Shown: positions 10,110-18,970, numbered from the stretch's first letter. The stretch: DNA of 64,000 nt from Fibrobacteria bacterium (GCA_043745805.1 JAYTSD010000050.1:1-64000), one strand, 5' to 3'. Program-made: numbers and translations. Notes: generated by a model from the letters alone, not told the origin.

Positions 10110-11469
10110 TTTTAGAAACTCCCAATTTAGCCAAACGGTATTGTAAGGCACGCCGACTAATTCCTAGTTTTGCAGCGGCTTTGCTGCGATGGAAACCACA
10201 ATTTTCTAGGGCTGCCAAAAGGACATTGTCGGGAATAAAACTATTGCGGATTGAAGATGAGGATGATGAAGTTGATGAAGAGGATGCGGAAGACTTCGGC
10301 AAGCTCTTATTGGTTTTGGCAAGATGAGGAATCGCATCGGACCAATCTTTGCCCATTTCTTTCAACACCAAATAACGTTCGGTGATATTCAGGAGTTCAC
10401 GAATATTACCTGGAAAGGCATAATCTTGTAAGCAAGTTGCTGTTTGTAAAGCCGCTTGCACTTCTGTTGCGGAGAGCGTTTCTTTTAATTTTTTTTCCAA
10501 GATTAAAGGAATATCTTGTGGTCTATCACGCAAGGGAGGCAAATCGATAGTTAAAACTTGTACGCGATAAAATAAATCTTCGCGAAAATGTCCCAACTCT
10601 ACTTCTTGCAATAAATTTTTATGTGTGGCAGAAAGTAAATGAAAGTCGAGCGACACTTCTTCGTCCCCACCTACCGGACAAACTTTTTTTTCTTGTAATA
10701 CGCGTAACAGTTTTGTTTGCATATTAAGAGGTAACTCACCAATTTCATCCAGAAAAAGTGTTCCCCCTTGGGCCATTTGGAATTTACCCATACGGTTTTC
10801 TTGGGCGCCAGTAAAAGCGCCTTTGCGTACACCAAATAATTCACTTTCAATTAGTGCCGAAGGGATAGCGCCACAATTAACCGCAATGAAGGGCTGGTTT
10901 TTACGATCACTTTGAGCATGGAGAAAGCGTGCGAATAATTCCTTACCGGATCCACTTTCGCCAGTTAAATGCACGGCACTATTTTTATTGGCCATTAAAG
11001 TGGCTAAGCGTAGTGCTTCGATTAAAGGAGAGTCGGGCGCAAAAATTAATCCTGCTTTTTCGGCGGATAGAGTATAGTTCGCGAGAGCCGAAATTTTTTT
11101 CTCCGTTAAAGCCTTTTTTAAGGTGACCACTAAGCTTTTTAAAGCTAAAGGCTTTTCAAAAAAATCTACTGCACCTGCTTTTACGGCCTCTACGGCTCGG
11201 TTTACATTGGCATAAGCTGACATTAAATAAACTTCGGTAATTAGTTTTTTAGCGCGTAACCAATACAATAAATCTAATCCGGTGCCATCGGGTAATTGAA
11301 AGTCACAAAGTGTTAGAGCAAAATTTTGTTCGGCAAATAATTTTTGCGCTTCGCCAATATGAGTCGCAACTTTAAAGGACAATTCGGCCTCGCGAAAAAC
11401 GGCTATAAGTTCCTGTCTTAAGATGGCATCGTCTTCTACGAGTAATAATGTTGCTTGGGGAAAGGTCAT
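10096..11469 (-). CDS. Sigma-54-dependent response regulator (NtrC family)
   Basis: Receiver domain (VEDD, CDFQLPDGTG), GESGSGKE, GAFTGA, LFLDEIGE, FPGNIREL, Fis HTH. Confidence 0.95.
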   Translation of the reverse strand: MTFPQATLLLVEDDAILRQELIAVFREAELSFKVATHIGEAQKLFAEQNFALTLCDFQLPDGTGLDLLYWLRAKKLITEVYLMSAYANVNRAVEAVKAGAVDFFEKPLALKSLVVTLKKALTEKKISALANYTLSAEKAGLIFAPDSPLIEALRLATLMANKNSAVHLTGESGSGKELFARFLHAQSDRKNQPFIAVNCGAIPSALIESELFGVRKGAFTGAQENRMGKFQMAQGGTLFLDEIGELPLNMQTKLLRVLQEKKVCPVGGDEEVSLDFHLLSATHKNLLQEVELGHFREDLFYRVQVLTIDLPPLRDRPQDIPLILEKKLKETLSATEVQAALQTATCLQDYAFPGNIRELLNITERYLVLKEMGKDWSDAIPHLAKTNKSLPKSSASSSSTSSSSSSIRNSFIPDNVLLAALENCGFHRSKAAAKLGISRRALQYRLAKLGVSKNVSE

Positions 11470-12695
11470 TGTTGCTTTGGCAAACTAGGTAATAAGGAGA
11501 GAACAAAAAATCCCTTTCCATGAGCTGCCGGGGAATAATAAATTCGGCCACCACAATGTTGCACTATTTTACTACAAACCGAAAGACCGAGTCCATAGCT
11601 GGTCGACTTTCTTAAATCCCCGGTCCCCTTAGCATGGGGAAGGGTTGAAGGCATTACAAATTGCGTTACAAAAGGTTGAAAAATTTTCTCTTCCATTCCA
11701 GCCATTACTCCTGGCCCGCTATCCTGAATTTCCAATTTGACTTCAAGGGGAGTAGAAAATAAGCGCACAATGATGCAACCCTTTTTTCCTATAGCCTTAC
11801 AAGCATTCTCAACGAGATTATGTAATACCTGAAAAAGCATCGCTTGATTTCCCCAAACCCAACTTTGCTTTTGCTCAAGATCTTCACTCATGAAAGTAAT
11901 AGATTCTCGCCAAAAATGTTCCGTAAAAAATAACTGAACCTCTTGCAATAAAGCGGATAAATCCATGGATTCTAGGGCAAAGGACCCTATACGCAGAAAA
12001 TCTAAATAGGCCTGCATTTGTTCACTGATACGCATGGCTTGCGTGGAACAATGGTTCATTTGCGCTTGCATTTGTTGGGGATTTAAATCCACTTTTTTAA
12101 GACTCAGCAATAAATTTCCTAAGGGCCCTTTAATTTCATGCGCCAAAGTAGCCACCGCTTGTTCCTGCGCTTGGAGTACGGAGTGTTGCCGCAATAATGC
12201 GGCATGCACAAGATGGGAAAAATGCAAGCTGATACGACTGCCTAAGTCATTCCATGATTTTAAATCGGCTAAACTAGGCGCTTTGGTTAAGGCTAAGAGT
12301 AGCCACAATTTATGTCCATTGAGCAATGGGAAAGGCAAGCCTAGGGTAAAAGGAATAGGGTTCGGAGAAAAACAATCACCTAATTCTGAATGGGTGCGAA
12401 AATCCCGAGAAGGGAGATGCTCTTTGGATTGTAAACCCTTTAAATGCTTGTAAAACCCTTCATAAAGGGGCTGGTATAGTTGTTTTCCTTGGCTTGGTGA
12501 GATTTGATAAAGCCAGCAATGAATGGGATCGGCAACGAGGATTTTAATTTCTATTGGCTGGGTAAAATAAACCGCACAACTTTTTAAAACGGCGAGAAGA
12601 TAATTTTCTGCTGAGTGTTCGCTTTGGGCCAAATACCAAATTTCTTTACGCAAGGCTTTGAAATTTGCTTTTGTCTGGATTTGCAATTTTTCCAA
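11466..12695 (-). CDS. Sensor histidine kinase
   Basis: LAHEIKGPL H-box, HNLVENA N-box, DSGPG, IFQPF, GLGL; overlaps the response regulator by 4 nt. Confidence 0.92.
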   Translation of the reverse strand: MEKLQIQTKANFKALRKEIWYLAQSEHSAENYLLAVLKSCAVYFTQPIEIKILVADPIHCWLYQISPSQGKQLYQPLYEGFYKHLKGLQSKEHLPSRDFRTHSELGDCFSPNPIPFTLGLPFPLLNGHKLWLLLALTKAPSLADLKSWNDLGSRISLHFSHLVHAALLRQHSVLQAQEQAVATLAHEIKGPLGNLLLSLKKVDLNPQQMQAQMNHCSTQAMRISEQMQAYLDFLRIGSFALESMDLSALLQEVQLFFTEHFWRESITFMSEDLEQKQSWVWGNQAMLFQVLHNLVENACKAIGKKGCIIVRLFSTPLEVKLEIQDSGPGVMAGMEEKIFQPFVTQFVMPSTLPHAKGTGDLRKSTSYGLGLSVCSKIVQHCGGRIYYSPAAHGKGFFVLSLLPSLPKQQ

Positions 12696-12779
12696 ATGTA
12701 TTCCTTGCTGAAAAGAAGCTATCCCTATAAATTATTTTAGCTTTTTAAAATTAATACATAAGAGGGCTAGGAGTAAACC

Positions 12780-13745
12780 ATAAATATTTTTGTATTCAAT
12801 GGCGATGCCGATGGAATAATTTCGCAGCATATTTTGCAGTTGTCAGGGATTTTTCCTGGGCTTAAAATTACAGGTGTTAAACGCGACATTGCGCTGCTTG
12901 AAAAGACCCCTCTCACCACCGATCCCCTTTTCGTTTTTGATATTAGTTTGAAACAAAATCTTGCACCATTACAAAAAAGGCTATTGCAGGGTAATGCTAA
13001 AGTAACTTGGTTTGATCATCATGAAGGACAAGATTTGTGTTCGCATGCGAATTTGGAAAAGCATATTTCCGATGCACGCGATACCTGTACCGCTTTGCAA
13101 GTCAATGCTTTTTGTAAGCAGGCTTTTTCTTTGTGGGCAGCAGCCGCAGCTTTTGGGGATAATTTATCGACGGTTGCTGAAGCGATGTCAAGTGCGCAAG
13201 GTTTAGATGAAAAGGAAATCCAGGCCTTAAAGCGCATGGGCAAATTGATGAATTATAATGCCTATGGGGAAAGTCTAGAGGATTTATGCATTAAGCCTAG
13301 CGATTTAGCGGAGCAACTTGCAGGTTACACCTCTCCTTGGGATTTTATCCAACATAATGCCTCGCTATTAGCAATTGAACAGCAAATGCTGGCTGATCAA
13401 AAAAAATGTGCTGCCGCAAAACCCGTATTTTCCTCTGCGCAAGCGATAGCCTATGTTTTTCCCAATACTGCTTGGGCGCGTCGTTATGCGCCTACTTTTG
13501 CCAATGAGCAGGTGGAAAAGTTTCCTACCATGGCACAAGCCATGTTAATGGAAAATAGTAGTGGGGATTATGTCGTCTCTATTCGCTCCCCAAAACAGGG
13601 TAAAAGTGCTTCGGCAGCGGATTTAGCTTCGCAATTTCGCAGTGGAGGAGGCCGTGCCTTAGCGGCAGGCATTAATAAATTACCACATAGCGAAAGCGAT
13701 TTTTTCTTAAAAAATTTTCAAGAGTATTATGGCGGATTTCCCTAA
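12780..13745 (+). CDS. DHH/DHHA1-family phosphoesterase, probable ATA start
   Basis: In-frame FNGDADG motif upstream of the ORF-track TTG; DIS, FDHH, GGGR..AAG motifs; AGGAG at 12769-12773. Confidence 0.8.
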   Translation: MNIFVFNGDADGIISQHILQLSGIFPGLKITGVKRDIALLEKTPLTTDPLFVFDISLKQNLAPLQKRLLQGNAKVTWFDHHEGQDLCSHANLEKHISDARDTCTALQVNAFCKQAFSLWAAAAAFGDNLSTVAEAMSSAQGLDEKEIQALKRMGKLMNYNAYGESLEDLCIKPSDLAEQLAGYTSPWDFIQHNASLLAIEQQMLADQKKCAAAKPVFSSAQAIAYVFPNTAWARRYAPTFANEQVEKFPTMAQAMLMENSSGDYVVSIRSPKQGKSASAADLASQFRSGGGRALAAGINKLPHSESDFFLKNFQEYYGGFP

Positions 13746-13757
13746 TCGATTGGTGTT

Positions 13758-14045
13758 TTATGCCAATTTATCGAAGGCCTTGCTGAACTGATCGCTTAGG
13801 GCATCGCCCACGGCGTGGGAATTATAAAAACCCGCACTTAGGCGACTACGCACCGTTTCTAAGCGTTTTTGCTTTTCATTGGCGCTAACCGATTCAGAGG
13901 AGTTTCCTTGATTAGTGACATTGGGAGATAGCTTTTGAGTTTTTGAGAATTTACCGCTTAATTTTTTATAGGATGAAATTTTTCTATTAACCCCTAAAGG
14001 CATTGCGGGCAGCGATCCAAGAGGTGAAAAATTAACAGAATCCAT
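13758..14045 (-). CDS. FlgM-like anti-sigma-28 protein
   Basis: Low-complexity N-terminus; C-terminal KRLETVRSRLSAGFY resembles the FlgM helix; sigma-28-type promoter upstream. Confidence 0.6.
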   Translation of the reverse strand: MDSVNFSPLGSLPAMPLGVNRKISSYKKLSGKFSKTQKLSPNVTNQGNSSESVSANEKQKRLETVRSRLSAGFYNSHAVGDALSDQFSKAFDKLA

Positions 14046-14095
14046 AATTAGCCGTCCTATTCGTGAACTCACGAATGTGATTACTCCTATTCTAG

Positions 14096-14123
14096 GTATC
14101 GGCAGGCAACTGCAATCACTTTA
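14096..14123 (-). promoter_or_regulatory. Sigma-28 (FliA/SigD)-type promoter
   Basis: Minus strand reads TAAA-N16-GCCGATAC about 50 nt upstream of the ATG at 14045. Confidence 0.7.
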
Positions 14124-14264
14124 ACTTTTTTGTTAACTTTCTTTTCCTTTAACTTCCCCAGCTTTATTTGGGTTGGTCCTAGAGTCTTATTTTGGGCTTA
14201 ACAGTCCAAATCTCATATTAGGTTTTATTGGGAAATTTTATTTTTTTTGATACAAGGGTAAATC

Positions 14265-15581
14265 ATGTCTCGGATAGTTTGCAAATTTGGTGGCTCTAGC
14301 GTCGCGGATCATCTTCAGTTTCTTAAAATCAAACAAATCGTAAATGCAAATCCGCAAAGGAAAGTTATTGTTCCTTCCGCTCCAGGAAAAAGAAATGCTA
14401 CCGAAACAAAACTCACCGATCTTTTTTATTTGTGTCAGGACATGGCGCAAAAAAGTTTGGATTTTTCCACACCTTTCGCTTTAATAAAACAACGCTATTT
14501 GGAAATTGAAAAAAATTTAGGTTTAACCGTAAGTATTGAATCGGAACTCGATGCGGTAAGTCTTGCCATTCAAAATGGATCTACAAAAGATTTCGTAGCC
14601 TCTCGCGGTGAATATTTATGTGGAATTCTCATGGCCAATTTTCTCGGAGCTGAATTTGTCGATCCTAAGGAAACGGTATTTTTTGATAAAGCGGGTCGTC
14701 TCGATGTGAAAACCTATGAGGTATTAGGGCAACGCATGCACGATGTGAATAAAATTTATGTGTTACCTGGTTTTTATGGCGTGGATATTCATGGCCAAAT
14801 CAAAACCTTTTCGCGGGGAGGTTCCGATATTTCTGGCGCCATTGCCGCGCGCGCAGTAATGGCTTCGCTCTATGAAAACTGGACTGATGTTTCGGGTTTA
14901 TTAATGGCGGATCCACGGGTGGTAAAAAACCCTGAGCCTATTGATATGGTGAGCTATAAGGAAATTCGCGAGCTTTCGTATATGGGCGCAAGTGTTTTTC
15001 ATGATGAGGCGATTGCGCCTGTGCGCGATGTAAATATTCCTATCAATATTAAAAACACTAATAAACCTGAAGATATCGGTACCTTGATTGTGGCGAAAAT
15101 TCCTGAGGTAACGAAATATGATATTGCAGGCATAGCCGGTAAAAAGAATTTTTCCATTTTCAGTATGGAAAAAGCCATGATGAATAAAGAGCTGGGCTTC
15201 GCGCGTCGCGTGCTGGGCATTTTTGAAAATCATGGGATCAATATCGAACATTGCCCTTCAGGCATCGATACTTTAAGCGTAGTAGTGAGTAATGAAGAAA
15301 TAGCGGATAAAGCGGAAAGAGTTCGCGAAGATATTCAACGTATCATGCAAGTAGACAAGCTTGATGTGGAAACGGATTTAGCTTTGATTGCTACGGTGGG
15401 CGAAGGTATGAGTCATCAAGTGGGTATGGCTGCTAAGGTATTTTGTGCGTTGCGTGACGCTAAAGTAAATATTCGTATTATCGATCAAGGATCTTCCGAA
15501 TTGAATATTATTGTAGGCGTTAATGGGTCGGATTATGAAAAGGCTATTCACGCTTTGTATAAAGCTTTTGTAGTAGGCTAG
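14265..15581 (+). CDS. lysC: Aspartate kinase
   Basis: VCKFGGSSVAD, VPSAPGK, SRGEYL, FSRGGSD, WTDVSG..ADPR, two ACT domains. Confidence 0.95.
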   Translation: MSRIVCKFGGSSVADHLQFLKIKQIVNANPQRKVIVPSAPGKRNATETKLTDLFYLCQDMAQKSLDFSTPFALIKQRYLEIEKNLGLTVSIESELDAVSLAIQNGSTKDFVASRGEYLCGILMANFLGAEFVDPKETVFFDKAGRLDVKTYEVLGQRMHDVNKIYVLPGFYGVDIHGQIKTFSRGGSDISGAIAARAVMASLYENWTDVSGLLMADPRVVKNPEPIDMVSYKEIRELSYMGASVFHDEAIAPVRDVNIPINIKNTNKPEDIGTLIVAKIPEVTKYDIAGIAGKKNFSIFSMEKAMMNKELGFARRVLGIFENHGINIEHCPSGIDTLSVVVSNEEIADKAERVREDIQRIMQVDKLDVETDLALIATVGEGMSHQVGMAAKVFCALRDAKVNIRIIDQGSSELNIIVGVNGSDYEKAIHALYKAFVVG

Positions 15582-15803
15582 TAAGCCGCTATAGCTCCCT
15601 TCAGAACGCAAATTTGGTGAGCGATATAAGAGAGTCTTTAATAAAAGAAATTAAGATGGCAGAATTAGATTTATGGGAAAGTAGTTCTATACAAAGAAAA
15701 CAGGAAATCATTAAACAGCTCATTCTTAAAAATCGAAAACGTGATCCTAATTTTGCTAATTGCGGAGATAAGTTTTTGATCGATTAAAATTTTGGGGTGC
15801 GTT

Positions 15804-15899
15804 ACGCGCTTTGAACTCGGCTGTATAACGTTTCTTGGACATACTTCCTCCTCTTGTTAAAATAGACTACTTTCTGTCTATTAAACTGGGGGAAGTTCA
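15804..15899 (-). mobile_element. IS3-family left-end remnant (terminal IR, RBS, first 13 codons of orfA)
   Basis: Minus strand: TGAACTTCCCCCAGTTTAATAGACAG... GAGGAGG ... ATG at 15842 encoding MSKKRYTAEFKAR, then truncated. Confidence 0.75.
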
Positions 15900-15959
15900 C
15901 CCCCCCTCCAAAGACACCACCAAGTTGGCCTCCCTATTGTAAATAGAAAGAAAAATAAG

Positions 15960-16261
15960 ATGAATAGATTTACGGTTGGTTTTCTTATAATATTTTTGGT
16001 CTTGAATATGATGTTAAAACATACCGACGGTTATATGTAATACTGGGTGTTATTATGGTAACTTTTGGAGCATTTGTAATTGCTGGCAAGATTGAGTTTG
16101 ATCCAGAAAAAATGAAAATCAAAAAATGTATTGAAGCGCAAAAAGAATGGAATTCAGAGACCAAAAATTGCAATGAGATTCAGAGCAAATCGAATCCTGA
16201 ATTTGAAAAATGCCTTCAAGAGCATCGGAACTGGAGTTTCAAAACTCAAAAATGTGAATGA
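15960..16261 (+). pseudogene. Small membrane/Cys-repeat protein, probably frameshifted near its 5' end (possible immunity gene remnant)
   Basis: Frame of ORF 16055-16261 stays open upstream (IYGWFSYNIFG...) without a start; ATG at 15960 is in another frame; two C-x5-W-x6-C repeats. Confidence 0.4.
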
Positions 16262-16278
16262 AAGTAATTCCCATCAAT

Positions 16279-16537
16279 TTGTCCCCGGCCAATTTCCTAT
16301 CATACTTCGAGCCGAATTAAACTGGTCCGTCAAACGGTACTAATTTGGCTGCTTCCCACGACTTGTGGTGAGCTTGACGAATCATAAGACTGTATATTGG
16401 AGAACCCCCTCCCGTCATAACATAATAAGTTTAATTTAGGGTAACATATAAGTAAACACTCATTTTCGATGCAATTGGCATATTATATGTTACTACGCAC
16501 AGGTTTTCAAAAATACATTAGGTAAGCCGTCCTGCCT
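16279..16537. repeat. Island repeat copy A (about 259 bp, non-coding)
   Basis: Near-identical to 18714-18970; begins TTGTCCCCGGCCAATTTCC. Confidence 0.95.
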
Positions 16538-16583
16538 CTTAGGTCATATCCTGCGAAGTATGACGGCTTAGGTTTTGTTATGT

Positions 16584-16955
16584 TCAGAGTTGAGATGCAA
16601 ATAGCCTGCGGCGAACCGAAGGCATATCATGTGCAAGCTGCGCTAATGCTAATGCAGTAGCAGGAACCTGCCTTCTAGCTATTTCCCAACTCTTAACCGT
16701 AGCTGGTGCTACTTTTAAGAGACTTGCAAACTCAGGTTGACTCATTTTTAAATCAGCACGAATTGCTTTCATTTCAACTGAAGCTTTTATCTTGGCATTT
16801 AATTCATTACGTGTGACTAACGAAGTAGAGCGGCTTCCATCTTTACCCACAAAGGTTGCTCGAAACTTAAGCGTACCCTTAGCCCATGCATCCAAATCTT
16901 TAATGCCTTGCCTAGCTTGTTCTGCAACAGTTGGAAATTTCGATTTAGTTTTCAT
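16584..16955 (-). CDS. XRE-HTH antitoxin (HigA-2/MqsA-like)
   Basis: IRADLKMSQPEFASLLKVAPATVKSWE HTH; 4-nt overlap with the upstream toxin. Confidence 0.85.
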   Translation of the reverse strand: MKTKSKFPTVAEQARQGIKDLDAWAKGTLKFRATFVGKDGSRSTSLVTRNELNAKIKASVEMKAIRADLKMSQPEFASLLKVAPATVKSWEIARRQVPATALALAQLAHDMPSVRRRLFASQL

Positions 16956-17287
16956 GGATAGTCCTCCTGTTTAATTTTTCTGATTTCATTTCTTAATTCT
17001 TTTTTGTCTTCTTCGATCAAATTAGCCTTGGTATTTTTTGTATATAGCGAAAGAAAATAATAAATGACTCTTGCTCCACCGCTTTTGCCTCTTCCGGGTA
17101 AACCGATTCTAATTTTTCGAGCGCCTTCTGTCCCTTCAATAACTGAACCGGCTAGGGGATTTAGGGTAAGTGTATTTTGTAAGGCAATCATTGAATCAGG
17201 TTTCAAATGCTTTTCAGATTGAGTTATGAAACCGGCAAGTTCTAAAAAAAGTATTCCATCAGAAGGGGAGAAAATTTCCTGCGCCAT
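16952..17287 (-). CDS. RelE/HigB-2-family toxin, possibly with an internal deletion
   Basis: NPLAGSVIEGTEGARKIRIGLPGRGKSGGARVIYY...Y.KN.KANL; toxin-first gene order. Confidence 0.85.
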   Translation of the reverse strand: MAQEIFSPSDGILFLELAGFITQSEKHLKPDSMIALQNTLTLNPLAGSVIEGTEGARKIRIGLPGRGKSGGARVIYYFLSLYTKNTKANLIEEDKKELRNEIRKIKQEDYP

Positions 17288-17363
17288 ATTTGAATAATAC
17301 TACAAATTCCTCTATATGACAATGTCACATACTCTTGGAAATCAGGATTGTTGGGAAAATAGA

Positions 17364-17470
17364 GTGTAATCCCCGACCAAATTCTAACCATGCATCCGGC
17401 CGAATTAAACTGGCCCGCCAAACAGTGGAGATTCTACTTGAATCAACAGCCCCAAATGGGGGGATTACAC
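17364..17470. repeat. 107-bp element with perfect 11-bp terminal inverted repeats, containing partial repeat copy C
   Basis: GTGTAATCCCC ... GGGGATTACAC; internal CCCCGACCAAAT...GCCGAATTAAACTGGCCCGCCAAACAGT aligns with the start of copies A/B. Confidence 0.8.
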
Positions 17471-17500
17471 CCTTAGAAAAACCAAAAAGTCACTACCTTT

Positions 17501-17531
17501 TTTGGATACGTTTGGATATATTTTGGATATA
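17501..17531 (+). promoter_or_regulatory. Three TTTGGATA direct repeats upstream of the Fic gene (putative operator)
   Basis: Copies at 17501, 17511 and 17522 (10-11 bp period). Confidence 0.5.
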
Positions 17532-17551
17532 TCCTTAAAAAGCAATAAAAG

Positions 17552-18613
17552 ATGAAGCAAAAACTAGAATTTACAGCCGAAGTTTACCAACAAATCATGA
17601 AGTCTTTAAGCATTATAGACCGCTTTAAAGGTAATTGGGAAACGATTGAGTTAAAGAATAGTAAGCATTTAAAAGAATTAAAAAAAATAGCCACTATTGA
17701 AAGTATCGGTTCATCTACCCGTATAGAGGGGGTAACATTGAGCGACGCGGAAATAGAAAAATTATTGAAGTCGGTAAAAATAACCAAGCTTATCACCAGA
17801 GAACAACAGGAAGTGATCGGTTATTATAAAACTTTGCAAATCATTTTGGATAATTACCAAGAAATTGATTTATCAGAAAGATATATTCATCAGCTGCATG
17901 GTGTTTTATTAAAACACAGTAACAAAGACCAGAGCCGCAAAGGAAAATACAAGACTTTATCCAATCAAGTTGTAGCCAATTATCCAGATGGGACGCAAAG
18001 AACCATTTTTAAAACTACTGAACCGGCTATGACAGCAAAGGAAATGGAAGAGTTACTGCTGTGGACCCATGAGCGTCTTAATAAAGAAGACCTACATCCC
18101 GTTTTAATTACAGCTGCTTTTGTGTATGAATTTTTATCCATACATCCCTATCAGGATGGGAATGGAAGATTATCAAGGTTATTAACTACGCTATTATTGA
18201 TGCAACAAGGGTATGCATTTGTACAGTATATTTCTTTTGAACATATTATCGAAGAAAGAAAAGACAATTATTACAGGGTATTGATGGACGGACAAAAGAA
18301 CCGTTATAAAAAAACCGAAATCATAGACAAATGGGTATTGTTTTTCATCGATTGTTTGGCAACACTCATTGGCCGACTGGAATCCAAGTACGAAAAATAC
18401 AGCAAACTCAAAAAAGATCTGAATGAAAGACAACGTGAAATTTTATTCTTCATTAAAAAGAAAAGAAAAGTAAAAATTAGCGAAGTAGAAGAAGCATTTA
18501 AGCAATATTCCAGGAACACATTGAAAAAAGATCTTGCTTATTTATGCAATGAAGGCATGATATTTAAAACTGGGACATTAAAAGGGACGCGTTATCATCA
18601 TGAAGAGCAATAG
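17552..18613 (+). CDS. Fic-domain protein with C-terminal winged HTH
   Basis: HPYQDGNGRLSR catalytic motif; N-terminal STRIEG inhibitory motif; C-terminal HTH. Confidence 0.93.
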   Translation: MKQKLEFTAEVYQQIMKSLSIIDRFKGNWETIELKNSKHLKELKKIATIESIGSSTRIEGVTLSDAEIEKLLKSVKITKLITREQQEVIGYYKTLQIILDNYQEIDLSERYIHQLHGVLLKHSNKDQSRKGKYKTLSNQVVANYPDGTQRTIFKTTEPAMTAKEMEELLLWTHERLNKEDLHPVLITAAFVYEFLSIHPYQDGNGRLSRLLTTLLLMQQGYAFVQYISFEHIIEERKDNYYRVLMDGQKNRYKKTEIIDKWVLFFIDCLATLIGRLESKYEKYSKLKKDLNERQREILFFIKKKRKVKISEVEEAFKQYSRNTLKKDLAYLCNEGMIFKTGTLKGTRYHHEEQ

Positions 18614-18713
18614 CTGTTTTTATGGGGGGATTACATAAATCTCTTGAAAAAGGCCAATAATTAACCTACGAAATTATTATAAATAGAGTTATGTAGGTTA
18701 ATCATGAATGTAC

Positions 18714-18970
18714 TTGTCCCCGGCCAATTTCCTATCATACTTCGAGCCGAATTAAACTGGTCCGCAAAACGGTACTAATTTGGCTGCTTCCACGACTTGT
18801 GGTGAGCTTGCCGAATCATAAGACTGTATATTGGAGAACCCCTCCCGTCATAACATATCAAGTTTAATTGAGGGTAACATCTAAGTAAACAATTTTTTTC
18901 GATGATATCGGCATATTATATGTTACTACGCACAGGTTTTCAAAAATACATTTGGTAAGCCGTCCTGCCT
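18714..18970. repeat. Island repeat copy B (about 257 bp)
   Basis: Near-identical to 16279-16537. Confidence 0.95.

Noticed and set aside
16410..16495. pdif/XerCD sites inside the repeat
   Set aside because: TTATGTTA resembles a XerD arm, but there is no credible XerC arm at 6-bp spacing.
17335..17538. 67-aa ORF, and the similar ORF at 16131-16343, crossing the repeat
   Set aside because: Different repeat copies are read in different frames; no protein-like signal.
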